34,833 bases of DNA from Woeseiaceae bacterium (GTDB lineage Bacteria > Pseudomonadota > Gammaproteobacteria > Steroidobacterales > Woeseiaceae), in contig JBFEXY010000001.1 in the NCBI GenBank assembly GCA_041562415.1, positions 1 to 34,833 on the forward strand, read 5' to 3'. Below are positions 9,329 through 19,000 of the stretch, in pieces. Position 1 is the stretch's first letter; each line of letters opens with the position of its first letter. The translations under genes were made by a program, and so were the position numbers. The notes beneath the pieces were generated by a model. The model worked only from the letters and a program-made list of their open reading frames with translations, was not told the DNA's origin and did no database searches.

Positions 9329-10075
9329 ATGACAGCCACGCGTCGGGTTCAGCAACAGCCGGCATACATACTGCATCACCGGCCGTACCGAGATACCAGC
9401 CAGTTGCTCGACGTGCTCAGTCGCGAGTATGGCAAAGTCACGCTGGTTGCGCGGGGAAGCCGCTCGGCGAAATCGAGACTCCGCGGCATATTACGGCCGT
9501 TCCAGCCGCTGCGCCTGTCGTGGTTTGCCCGATCCGATCTCGGCACGCTGACGGGTGCCGAGACAGGCGCGGCACCGCTGTCGCTCGGTGGCGATGCCCT
9601 GATCTCCGCGTACTACGTCAACGAGCTCGTACTGACTTTCCTGCACCGACACGATCCACAACCGGAGATCTTCGATGCTTATGCGCAAGCCATTTCAGCG
9701 CTATCGCGGAGCAACGAGCTGGCCGCCAACCTGCGCGTCTTTGAAATGGAATTGCTGCGGCTGCTGGGCTACGCGCTGAATCTGGAATTTGACGCGAATC
9801 TGCACGAACCGATCGACGAGCAGCGGTTTTACGAATACCGGGTCGAACAGGGGCCTGTAAGCGTGACACGCAGCGAAGGACCCATGGTCTTCAAGGGAGC
9901 CCGTTTGCGCGGCATTGCCGGGGCAGTATTCGACGATCCCGCAGTCCTGCGCGACGCTGGCCGGTTGTTACGCGAAGTTATCCGGCATCATCTGGACGGC
10001 AGGGAGCTGAAGAGCCGCAAGGTGCTGCTGGATCTGCATCGCGCTAGAATGCCGGAAAGCAGTTCCCCGGAATAA
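9329..10075 (+). CDS. recO: DNA repair protein RecO
   Basis: QPAYILHHRPYRDTSQLLDVLSREYGKVTLVARGSRS is a typical RecO N-terminal OB fold. ATG 9329 lies just after the era stop; the track start at 9209 would overlap era by 116 nt. Confidence 0.9.
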   Translation: MTATRRVQQQPAYILHHRPYRDTSQLLDVLSREYGKVTLVARGSRSAKSRLRGILRPFQPLRLSWFARSDLGTLTGAETGAAPLSLGGDALISAYYVNELVLTFLHRHDPQPEIFDAYAQAISALSRSNELAANLRVFEMELLRLLGYALNLEFDANLHEPIDEQRFYEYRVEQGPVSVTRSEGPMVFKGARLRGIAGAVFDDPAVLRDAGRLLREVIRHHLDGRELKSRKVLLDLHRARMPESSSPE

Positions 10076-10081
10076 CGCTGA

Positions 10082-10822
10082 ATGCCAGAGACCAGGCCCG
10101 TTCACCTTGGTGTGAATATCGATCACGTCGCGACACTGAGACAGGCGCGCGGTACACCGTACCCGCGACCGGCCGACGCCGTCGTCATTGCCGAACGCGC
10201 AGGCGCGGACAGCATTACCGTGCATCTGCGCGAGGACCGTCGTCATATACAGGATGCCGACCTGCCCGAGATAGCGGCAGTGATGCAGACTCACATGAAC
10301 CTGGAACTGGCGGTCACGGACGAAATGCTCGGTATCGCGTGTGCGTTCGCGCCGAGCGATTGCTGCCTCGTCCCGGAGCGGCGCGAAGAACTGACCACCG
10401 AAGGCGGTCTGGACGTGGCCAGCCAGGTAGATCGCGTGCGAGAGGCCTGTGCCCGACTCGCGGGCGCGGGCATCAGGGTGTCACTCTTCATCGATCCCGA
10501 CGAGCGGCAACTCGAGGCGGCTGCAGCCTGTGGAGCACCCGTCGTCGAGCTCCATACCGGATCCTTTGCCGATGCCGGCGAGAGCCGGCGCATGGCCGAA
10601 CTGCAGAGAATCGTCGATGCAGCCGAGTTCGGCGAACGACTCGGCCTCGTGATCAACGCGGGGCACGGCCTGAACTATGACAACGTCGGTGAGATCGCGG
10701 CCATTCCACAGATTGTCGAACTCAATATCGGCCACGCGATCGTCTCCCGTGCCGTTTTCGATGGCCTCCAGGTTGCGGTCGCGGAGATGAAGCGGCTCAT
10801 GGCGGAGGCGCGCGGCGGGTGA
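10082..10822 (+). CDS. pdxJ: Pyridoxine 5'-phosphate synthase
   Basis: [16 protein letters not shown]...[12 protein letters not shown]...ELHTG...NAGHGLNY are PdxJ hallmarks. Follows recO as in E. coli. Confidence 0.93.
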   Translation: MPETRPVHLGVNIDHVATLRQARGTPYPRPADAVVIAERAGADSITVHLREDRRHIQDADLPEIAAVMQTHMNLELAVTDEMLGIACAFAPSDCCLVPERREELTTEGGLDVASQVDRVREACARLAGAGIRVSLFIDPDERQLEAAAACGAPVVELHTGSFADAGESRRMAELQRIVDAAEFGERLGLVINAGHGLNYDNVGEIAAIPQIVELNIGHAIVSRAVFDGLQVAVAEMKRLMAEARGG

Positions 10823-11199
10823 TTTTCGGAGTGGGGACGGACGTCGTCGAGTTGTCGCGAATACAGGCCACTTACGATCGCTTCGGTGAGCATTTCGTCC
10901 GGCGCATCCTCATGGAGGAGGAACTCGCGCTGTTCCGCAAGACAAGATGGCCGGTCCGTTTTCTCGCGATGCGATTCGCGGGCAAGGAAGCTACGGTGAA
11001 GGCAATGGGCACTGGATTCGCCCATGGCGTATGGTTGCGGGACGTTGGCATAACCAATAACGACTGGGGACGGCCGCTCGTCGTCTGGTCAGAGCGCGGC
11101 CGGCGTGTGTGCGATCGCCTCGGTATCGGCGAAGGCCATGTCAGCCTGACTGACGATGCCGGTCTCGTAATCGCATTCGCCGTAGTAGAGAAGGCCTGA
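10819..11199 (+). CDS. acpS: Holo-[acyl-carrier-protein] synthase
   Basis: [14 protein letters not shown] and [10 protein letters not shown] motifs, 126 aa. The GTG start overlaps the pdxJ stop by 4 nt. Confidence 0.9.
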   Translation: MIFGVGTDVVELSRIQATYDRFGEHFVRRILMEEELALFRKTRWPVRFLAMRFAGKEATVKAMGTGFAHGVWLRDVGITNNDWGRPLVVWSERGRRVCDRLGIGEGHVSLTDDAGLVIAFAVVEKA

Positions 11200-11200
11200 G

Positions 11201-11977
11201 ATGCACTGTTTTTCTTTCGATATAGAAACCGTCCCGGACGTGGAATTCGGGCGCCGAATGTGGGGGCTCGAGGGCCTTCCGGACGATGAAGTGGCTACCG
11301 CGATGACCTTCATGCGTCATCAACAGACCGGTAGTGACTTCCTGCCGCTGCACCAGCATCGCGTCGTCGCAATTTCGGTGGCCCTGCGCACGGGAGACAG
11401 TTTCAAGGTCTGGAGTCTCGGTGACGAGGAATCCGCAGAGGCCGAAATCGTCGGTCGGTTTTTCGACGGCATCGAACGTTACGCGCCAGATCTCGTTTCC
11501 TGGAACGGCAGCGGTTTCGACCTTCCGGTCTTGCACTATCGGGCGCTCAGGCACGGCATACAGGCGCCACGCTACTGGGAGGTGGGCGATGGCGATCGGG
11601 AGTACAAGTGGAATAACTACCTTGGCCGGTTTCACTGGCGTCACGTCGACCTGATGGACGTGCTGTCCGGCTACCAGCACCGGGGACGAGCGAGCCTGGA
11701 TCAGACCGCCGTGCTGCTGGGGTTTCCAGGAAAGCTGGGTATGAGCGGCGACAAGGTCTGGGAGAAGTGGCTTGCCGGCGGTATTCGCGAGATCCGCGAC
11801 TACTGCGAGACTGACGTTCTCAATACCTGGCTGATCTTCCTGCGGTTCGAATTCATGCGCGGCAATCTCGATGCCCCTGGACTCGAGCGCGAATTCGCGT
11901 TGGTTCGGGAAACCCTGAAAGGTATGGATGCGACGCACCTCGACGAATTCCTCGACGCGTGGCCGGAGTCCGGATAA
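11201..11977 (+). CDS. Stand-alone 3'-5' exonuclease related to the exonuclease domain of family-B DNA polymerases (COG3298-like)
   Basis: DEDDy-type motifs in order: FDIETVPD (Exo I), WNGSGFDLPVL (Exo II), DYCETDVLNTW (Exo III YxxxD). No polymerase domain. The ATG lies 1 nt after the acpS stop. Confidence 0.75.
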   Translation: MHCFSFDIETVPDVEFGRRMWGLEGLPDDEVATAMTFMRHQQTGSDFLPLHQHRVVAISVALRTGDSFKVWSLGDEESAEAEIVGRFFDGIERYAPDLVSWNGSGFDLPVLHYRALRHGIQAPRYWEVGDGDREYKWNNYLGRFHWRHVDLMDVLSGYQHRGRASLDQTAVLLGFPGKLGMSGDKVWEKWLAGGIREIRDYCETDVLNTWLIFLRFEFMRGNLDAPGLEREFALVRETLKGMDATHLDEFLDAWPESG

Positions 11978-11986
11978 GCCGCGGGG

Positions 11987-13303
11987 ATGGCACGAAGCAG
12001 ACGGCAGCCCGAGACGGCAACTATCTCGTCGGTTACGCACGACGGACGCGGCATTGCCGACACGAGCGGTAAAAAGGTTTTTGTCGCCGGGGCGCTCAGC
12101 GGCGAAGAAGTGCGTTTCGTGCGGCGCAAGTCACGGCGTAATTTCGACGAAGCCGAATTGCTCGAAGTTATCACTGCGTCGCCGGAGCGCGTGGAGGCGA
12201 AATGCGCCGTCTTCGGTCGCTGTGGCGGCTGTGCGCTGCAGCACGTTAGCAGCGCACAGCAACGCGCCATCAAATCCGACACCCTGAGAGACAACCTGGA
12301 ACGCATCGGCCGTATCGAACCCGGCCGCTGGCTGCAGCCGATCACCGGCCCGGAGTGGAACTACCGCCGGCGCGCGCGCCTCGCCGTAAAGGACGTCAGC
12401 GCCAAAGGCCGGGTGCTGGTGGGCTTTCGCGAGCGGCACGCACCATTCATTACCGACATGCATCGCTGCGAGGTGCTCGCCGCACCCGTTGATGATCTCA
12501 TCGATCCGTTGAGCGACCTGGTCGGGAAGCTATCGATACGGTCACGCATCCCGCAGATCGAAGTCGCAGTGGCGGACAATGCTACAGCCCTCGTTTTCCG
12601 GGTACTCGATGCGCCGACGGCGGACGATCTCGACGAGTTCCGCCGTTTCGGCCACGAGCATGGACTGCGTATATTTCTGCAGCCTGGGGGGCTGGACTCG
12701 ATCAGCCTGCTGTATCCGGAGGGTGAGCGCGAGCCGCTCTACTACACACTTCCGGAGTTCGATGTGCGCATCGAATTCGAACCGATCGATTTCGTGCAGG
12801 TCAACGCAGAGATAAACCGGACAATGATCAGCAGGGCGCTGGAATTGCTCGCGCCGGAGCAGCAGGACAGGGTGCTCGATCTGTTTTGCGGCATCGGCAA
12901 CTTCTCCCTGCCGCTCGCCCGGCGCTGTGGCGAAGTGCTTGGCGTCGAGGGCGAAGCAATGCTGGTACGCAGGGCGGTCGATAACGCGACTGCCAATGCG
13001 ATCACGAATGCGGAATTCCGCCAGGCTGACCTGGCCGCCATCGACGGTACGGAAAACTGGTTGCAGGGGCCGTGGGACCGGCTGCTCCTGGATCCGGCCC
13101 GCAGCGGGGCGGCGGACGTCGTAAGATGCATCGGGCGCCTGGAGCCGGCGCGAATCGTCTATGTATCGTGTCACCCCGGCACGCTCGCCCGCGATGCTGG
13201 CGTGCTGGTGAACGAGGCGGGATATACGCTCGACGCGGCGGGCATTATCGACATGTTTCCCCATACGGCGCATGTCGAGTCAATTGCTGTTTTCAATAAA
13301 TAG
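11987..13303 (+). CDS. rlmD: 23S rRNA (uracil1939-C5)-methyltransferase RlmD (RumA)
   Basis: N-terminal TRAM-like domain, Fe-S Cys motif CAVFGRCGGCALQH plus a downstream C, SAM motif VLDLFCGIGNFSLPLA, and catalytic region YVSCHPGTLARD. Confidence 0.9.
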   Translation: MARSRRQPETATISSVTHDGRGIADTSGKKVFVAGALSGEEVRFVRRKSRRNFDEAELLEVITASPERVEAKCAVFGRCGGCALQHVSSAQQRAIKSDTLRDNLERIGRIEPGRWLQPITGPEWNYRRRARLAVKDVSAKGRVLVGFRERHAPFITDMHRCEVLAAPVDDLIDPLSDLVGKLSIRSRIPQIEVAVADNATALVFRVLDAPTADDLDEFRRFGHEHGLRIFLQPGGLDSISLLYPEGEREPLYYTLPEFDVRIEFEPIDFVQVNAEINRTMISRALELLAPEQQDRVLDLFCGIGNFSLPLARRCGEVLGVEGEAMLVRRAVDNATANAITNAEFRQADLAAIDGTENWLQGPWDRLLLDPARSGAADVVRCIGRLEPARIVYVSCHPGTLARDAGVLVNEAGYTLDAAGIIDMFPHTAHVESIAVFNK

Positions 13304-13331
13304 TCAATAATCAAACAATAATTGGTTATTG
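13294..13331. repeat. AT-rich island with three CAATAA(A/T) direct repeats at exact 11-bp phasing plus an inverted copy
   Basis: CAATAA occurs at 13294, 13305 and 13316. The last copy forms CAATAA-TTGG-TTATTG (13316-13331). The island spans the rlmD stop and the nagZ 5' region. Confidence 0.6.
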
Positions 13332-13343
13332 GTGGAGCAGTGC

Positions 13344-14390
13344 ATGTCACTCGGACCGGTGATGCTGGACGTCGATGGTCTCAGCCTGACGCCGGCTGAT
13401 CGTGATCTATTACGGGAGCCTGCGGTTGGTGGACTGATTCTCTTCAGTCGCAATTACGTTTCGCCGCAACAGCTTACCGACCTGGTGGACGAGGTGCGCG
13501 CTCTCAGGAGCCCATCGCCAATCATTGCCGTGGACCATGAGGGTGGTCGTGTGCAGCGCTTTCGAGACGGATTCACGGCTGTCCCGCCGATGCGTGTCGT
13601 CGGGCGCCAGTATGGCACGGACCCGAAGGGCGCTCTGGCGCTTGCAAGACAGGCCGGCTGGCTGATCGCCGCAGAGCTCAGGTCATGTGGAATCGACCTG
13701 TGCTTCGCGCCCTGCGTGGATCTGGACTGGGGTGTAAGCGAGATCATCGGCGACCGTGCCTTTCACGCCAAGCCGGAGGTCGTCGCAGAGCTGGCAGCCG
13801 AATTCTCGCGCGGACTGCGCAGCGCCGGGATGGCCGCGGTTGCCAAGCATTTCCCGGGCCACGGTGCGGTCGTTGCCGATTCTCATGAACAGCTACCGGT
13901 CGACCGCCGGGAATACGGCGATCTGCTGGACGACATGCGGCCGTACGACAAATTGATCAGCAACGGGCTCGTCGCCGGCGTCATGATGGCGCACATCGTC
14001 TACCCCGAACTGGACCCGCTACCTGCCGGCTTTGCTCCGTTCTGGGTGCAGCGCGAACTTCGCTCCAGGTTGGGGTTCGACGGTGCGGTGTTGAGCGACG
14101 ATCTCAGCATGAAGGCAACCCGCGCGTATGGCAGTATGCCGGAGCGCGCGCGTCGGGCCCTGGATGCCGGCTGCGACATGGTACTGGTGTGCAATGACCG
14201 CGACGCCGCACAGGCGACGGTGAGGGCGCTGCGCGATTACTCGAACCCGCTTTCGCTGGTGCGGCTTGCGAGATTGCATGGAACAGGGCACGTTATGCGT
14301 GAATCACTGCTCGCCAGTGACCAGTGGGTGGAGGCGCACTCGCAATTGTCAAAATGGACCGAGCCGCCCGAACTCAAACTCGACGCTTGA
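13344..14390 (+). CDS. nagZ: Beta-N-acetylhexosaminidase NagZ (peptidoglycan recycling)
   Basis: GGLILFSRNY, VDHEGGRVQRF, IGDRAF and KHFPGHG are glycoside hydrolase family 3 NagZ motifs. I prefer ATG 13344 with GGAG 7 nt upstream. Confidence 0.92.
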   Translation: MSLGPVMLDVDGLSLTPADRDLLREPAVGGLILFSRNYVSPQQLTDLVDEVRALRSPSPIIAVDHEGGRVQRFRDGFTAVPPMRVVGRQYGTDPKGALALARQAGWLIAAELRSCGIDLCFAPCVDLDWGVSEIIGDRAFHAKPEVVAELAAEFSRGLRSAGMAAVAKHFPGHGAVVADSHEQLPVDRREYGDLLDDMRPYDKLISNGLVAGVMMAHIVYPELDPLPAGFAPFWVQRELRSRLGFDGAVLSDDLSMKATRAYGSMPERARRALDAGCDMVLVCNDRDAAQATVRALRDYSNPLSLVRLARLHGTGHVMRESLLASDQWVEAHSQLSKWTEPPELKLDA

Positions 14391-15278
14391 ATGATGGAAC
14401 CGGTCAACAGACGCATTCTCGAACAGGTGCTCGCGGAATCCGCGGAGCCCGTTGTGGTCGTGCGCGTCGATCATTCGGAGTGGCCGGTCGCGTTGAGTAA
14501 CCGGGCGTTTGCCGCTATCGGCGGCCAGAATTCCGACGGCAGACCGTTCGCCGACGTCATCGAGCAGATGGTTGGCCGCGAGCTGGCGCTCGAGATCAGT
14601 GAAGCCGTGCGTTCGAAGCAGGAGACGAGCTTTCCCGTGGAACAGGGCGGGCGCGAGTTTCTCCTCGTGCTCAAGCCTCTCGCATTGCCGGGTGAAGCCG
14701 GGGCCAGCTTTTACGCAGCGTTCTGGCGCGGCGGATCCGGTGGCGCCTCGACGGCAGGTTCTGAAGTGCAGCATGCGCTGCTCAAGGCAAAACGACGCAT
14801 CCGCGACCTGTCGCGCGACGATCCCGTGACCGGACTTCTGAACGGGCGGGCATTTCGCGAAGTGCTCGAGCACGATTGGGCGGTTGCGGCCCGCGAGAGG
14901 AGCGCGATTGCGGTCGTCGTATTCGTGCTCGACGACTTTGGTGCCTACGTCGACGTGTTTGGTCGGCACGCGTCAGACTCCTGTCTGCGGCGGGTCGGTC
15001 AGGCCATCCGGCGCTGCCTGCGGCGTGCGAGTGACGTGGTCGGGAGGCTGGACGGCGAGCGGCTGGCCGTGCTTTCACACGCCCCGGACGAGCATGCTGT
15101 ACAGGATTTCGCTGCAAGAATCTCGACGGCAGTGCGGGAGCTGGGACTCCACCACCCGCGCTCCAGGGCAGGCCGATTCGTCACCGTATCGTTCCGCGTC
15201 GGGCTGGTGCAGGCGGCGGAAGAATCGCGCGGCGCGGGGAAGTTTCTCGACGATCTACTGGCCGAGTTCTCCGACTAG
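14391..15278 (+). CDS. PAS-like sensor + degenerate GGDEF-domain protein (DGERL in place of GG[D/E]EF, RxxD I-site retained)
   Basis: DDPVTGLLNGRAF and FVLDDFGAYVDVFGRHASDSCL align to the GGDEF fold. The active-site motif reads RLDGERL (15051-15065), with RASD five residues upstream (15024-15035). Confidence 0.8.
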   Translation: MMEPVNRRILEQVLAESAEPVVVVRVDHSEWPVALSNRAFAAIGGQNSDGRPFADVIEQMVGRELALEISEAVRSKQETSFPVEQGGREFLLVLKPLALPGEAGASFYAAFWRGGSGGASTAGSEVQHALLKAKRRIRDLSRDDPVTGLLNGRAFREVLEHDWAVAARERSAIAVVVFVLDDFGAYVDVFGRHASDSCLRRVGQAIRRCLRRASDVVGRLDGERLAVLSHAPDEHAVQDFAARISTAVRELGLHHPRSRAGRFVTVSFRVGLVQAAEESRGAGKFLDDLLAEFSD

Positions 15279-16070
15279 CCCGGGCTCGGATTCCTCTTCC
15301 TCCGGTTCCTCGACCCGACTGACTTTCGCAAGCACACCGAATTTCGGGTGGTCGAAATAGCGCAGATCGCCGCTTTTGAAGATACGGTCCTCGGAGATAC
15401 GGAAGCGCAAGGGTGCCGGCAGCAACCCCTCATAGCTGTCACTAGCGCGGCTGTCGCCGTATACCGATACTGTCTCGTCGATGGCGACCGGGTCCGTTTG
15501 GGCGGCATTCGGCTCCAGGCTCAGATCGACCACGAGATGCAGGTAACGGCTCAGGTACAGCGTAAAACTGCCATCGAGTCCCTCGGCGGGTTCCGCCAGC
15601 GCTCGCAGCTCGATCGGCTGGGTTTCCTCTTCCGGACGGGTGACCTGGGTCCATGCAAAGTGCATGACGGGCCGGTAGACGTCCAGCTTCTCCAGCTTGC
15701 TGGCGATATCGGTCAAGGTGAACTCGTCCTCGACGTGCAGCACGAATTCGGGTTCGGTCGATTGGCCCTCCTGGCCGTCAACGCCCGTGCCAGAGTCCGC
15801 GTCGGGAGAAGGAACCGGTCGAGATTCGGCTATGGTTCCGGCATCCCCGAAGACGCGTTCGCCCTCGGCAGTTTCGCCGGCCTCAGTTAGCGGCGGCTCC
15901 TCCGGCAGGAATCGTTCAGTGCCGGCAGAGACGTCTTCCGCGTATTCGAAGATGATCACTTCCACGGTGTAACGCGGATAGTTGGTGACTTCGGGTTCGA
16001 CAACGGTCTGGGCCGCTGCTGTTGCCCATGCCAGTATCATCACGATGGTTGTCGTCACTCGGCGCATCAT
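15255..16070 (-). CDS. CsiV-like periplasmic (peptidoglycan-binding) protein
   Basis: Signal peptide MMRRVTTTIVMILAWATAAAQ, the TVEVIIFEY N-terminal motif and the C-terminal YFDHPKFGVLAKV motif as in the CsiV family. It lies immediately downstream of mfd, as in Vibrio. I prefer ATG 16070 (AGGTG upstream) over GTG 16082. Confidence 0.7.
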   Translation of the reverse strand: MMRRVTTTIVMILAWATAAAQTVVEPEVTNYPRYTVEVIIFEYAEDVSAGTERFLPEEPPLTEAGETAEGERVFGDAGTIAESRPVPSPDADSGTGVDGQEGQSTEPEFVLHVEDEFTLTDIASKLEKLDVYRPVMHFAWTQVTRPEEETQPIELRALAEPAEGLDGSFTLYLSRYLHLVVDLSLEPNAAQTDPVAIDETVSVYGDSRASDSYEGLLPAPLRFRISEDRIFKSGDLRYFDHPKFGVLAKVSRVEEPEEEESEPGLVGELGQ

Positions 16071-16092
16071 AAAGTCTTTCACCTATTGACCT

Positions 16093-19000
16093 TCAGCCCG
16101 TCTGTTCGCTGCCCTGTTTGGGGGCGAGCATCCCCATGAGGTCCTCGATCGCCCGGAAGCGTGCCTCGACATCCGTAAGATCGAGCCTGAAGCTAAGCCG
16201 GTGCGAGCCCTGCAGCCGGTAGCTGCGGCTGTCATTTTGCACTAATTGGACGAGCGCGACAGGGTCAATCCGGCTGTCATCGCCGAATACGAGGTAGCCG
16301 CCCGTGTCGGCCGCATCGATCTTCTCGATACCTAACGCCGCGGCGCGCTGTTTCAGCGCCGCGATTCGCATGAGGTTCTTCGTCGCATCCGGCAAAAGCC
16401 CGAATCGATCGATGAGCTCGACCTGCAATTCGCGCAGCTCCGCTGCCGTCTTTGTCCCGGAGATGCGTTTGTACAGCATGAGGCGCAGATGCACGTCGGG
16501 CACGTAGTCGTCGGGAAGCAGGGCGGCAACGTGCAGGTTGATATCGACGCCGGCGTCGAGCGGCTTGTCGAGGTCCGGCTCGCGACCCGAACGTAGCGAT
16601 TCGACGGCCCGTGCCAACAGCTCCGTGTAAAGGGAAAACCCGATTTCCTGGATCTGGCCGCTTTGTTCATCGCCGAGCAATTCGCCGGCACCGCGGATTT
16701 CCAGATCGTGAGTGGCAAGCGTAAAGCCGGAACCGAGATCCTCCAGCGAGTCGATCGCCTCGAGACGTTTAACGGCATCGGCGGTCATCGCCGCTTTTGG
16801 AGGTGCGACCAGGTAGGCATAGGCGCGATGGTGAGAGCGGCCGACCCGGCCACGCAGCTGGTGGAGCTGTGCGAGGCCGAAACGATCGGCCCGGTTGATA
16901 ATGATCGTATTTGCGGTGGGTACGTCGATGCCGCTCTCGATGATCGTCGTGCACAGCAACACGTTGAACCGGCGGTGATAGAAATCCAGCATTACCTGCT
17001 CGAGTTCGCGTTCCGGCATCTGCCCATGGCCGACTCGGAGGGTCGCCTCCGGTACGAGCTTTTCGAGGTGCTCGCCGATGCGGCCGATGTCCTCGACGCG
17101 ATTGTGTACGAAGTAGACCTGGCCGCCGCGCTTGATCTCGCGCAGGCAGGCTTCCCGTATAACGACGTCGTTCCATTCACCGACAAAAGTCTTGACGGAC
17201 AGCCTCTCCGCCGGCGGCGTCGTAATCAGCGACATGTCGCGGATTCCGCCCATCGCCATGTTCAGGGTGCGTGGAATCGGTGTGGCCGTGAGCGTCAGTA
17301 CGTCGACATCACTGCGTAGTGAGCGAATGGCTTCCTTGTTCCGCACGCCGAAGCGATGTTCTTCGTCGATGATGACGAGGCCGACGTCCTTGAAAGACTT
17401 CGTATGTTGCAACAGCTTGTGTGTACCGATTACGACGTCGACTGCGCCGGACTTCATGCCGTCTACGATCCCGCGCACCTGCTTCGGTGACTGAAAGCGC
17501 GACAGGACTTCGATACGAACCGGCCAGTCGGCGAAACGGTCGCGGAAATTCTGGCCGTGTTGCTGAGCGAGCAGCGTCGTAGGCACCAGGACTGCCACCT
17601 GTTTGCCGCCATGAACCACGGCGAACGTGGCGCGCAAGGCCACCTCTGTCTTGCCGAAGCCGACATCCCCGCAAACGATGCGGTCCATCGGTTCACCGGA
17701 TGCCAGGTCCTCGAGCACCTCGTCGATGGTCCGCGCCTGGTCGTCCGTGGGGTCGAACGGGAAACCGCTCTCGAACGCCCGGTAATCCGCTTCGGACCAG
17801 TGAAAGCGATATCCGGTACGCGCGGCCCGGCGCGCATATATGTCCAGGAGTTCGGCTGCCGCATCCCGGATCTTGCTTATGGCACGCTGTCGTGCTTTTT
17901 CCCACTGGTCGCTGCCCAGGCGATGCAGCGGGGCGTTCTCGGGCGACGTGCCGGTGTATCGGGATATCAATTCGAGCGCATGCACGGGCACGTATAGCTT
18001 GTCGCCATCCGCGTATTCGAGATGCAGGAATTCCCCCTGGATGCCGCCGACATCGAGTGTGATCAGGCCGATGTACCGGCCCACGCCGTACTCCGCATGT
18101 ACGACCGGGGATCCTTCCTCGAGATCGTCCAGCTGGCGGATGATCGCCTCCGGATCCCGTTCGGCCCGCCGGCGTCGCCGACTGGTGCGCACACGGTCGC
18201 CGAACAGCTGTTGCTCGCTGATGATCGCGAGCCGCGCATCGGGCAGGAGAACGCCGTTTTCCAGCGGCGCGATCGCAACGCCGATGCGGTGACTGCCTGC
18301 GGCAAACTCGGACCACTGATCCACGCGGACGAGGTCGAGGCTGCGACCTGACAGAAGTTCGTACACCTGTTCTCTGCGGCCGGCCGAGTCTGTCGTAAAC
18401 AGTACGCGGCCCTCGAAACTCTCGAGGAAATGCATCAAAGCGCCAGCCGGATCTTCGTAGCGAGCTTCCACCCTGAGCGCCGGCGGCATGCGCGTGGGCA
18501 GATTGCGTACGTCTGGATCCTCGGCAAGCGATTGTGCTGAATAGCGGACATTCCGGCGGCGTTCCAGTTGCGACGTGACGGTGTCGGCCGCTGCAAATGT
18601 TTCGCCGGGATCGAGCACGGGCCGCTCAGGATCGAGGCTGCACAGTTCGTGCCGTTCTTCGATTTCGGCCCATGTCCGCTCGAGCAGACCGGCCAGCCCG
18701 TCGGGCCTGATGACAATACAGTCCTCCGCCAGGTAATCGGCGAGGCCGGCGGTCTGCTCGAAGAACAACGGCAGGTAATATTCGATCCCGCCATGAGCGA
18801 TGCCTTCCGACACTTCCCGATACACGCGCGAACGGCTCGGCTGGCCTTCGAAACGCTCTCGATAACGCGAGCGAAACACCCGGATCGCGTCATCGTCCAG
18901 CGGTACCTCCCGCGCAGGAAGCAGTTCGATCGAGCTTATGGTGTCGCCCGAGATTTGCGACTCCGCCGAGAAATATCGTAACGACTCGATTTCGTCGTCG

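Noticed and set aside
15255-15278. 24-bp convergent overlap of the GGDEF gene and csiV-like gene 3' ends as a possible regulatory antisense arrangement
   Set aside because: Short convergent 3' overlaps are common in compact GC-rich genomes, and no hairpin or other signal was seen.
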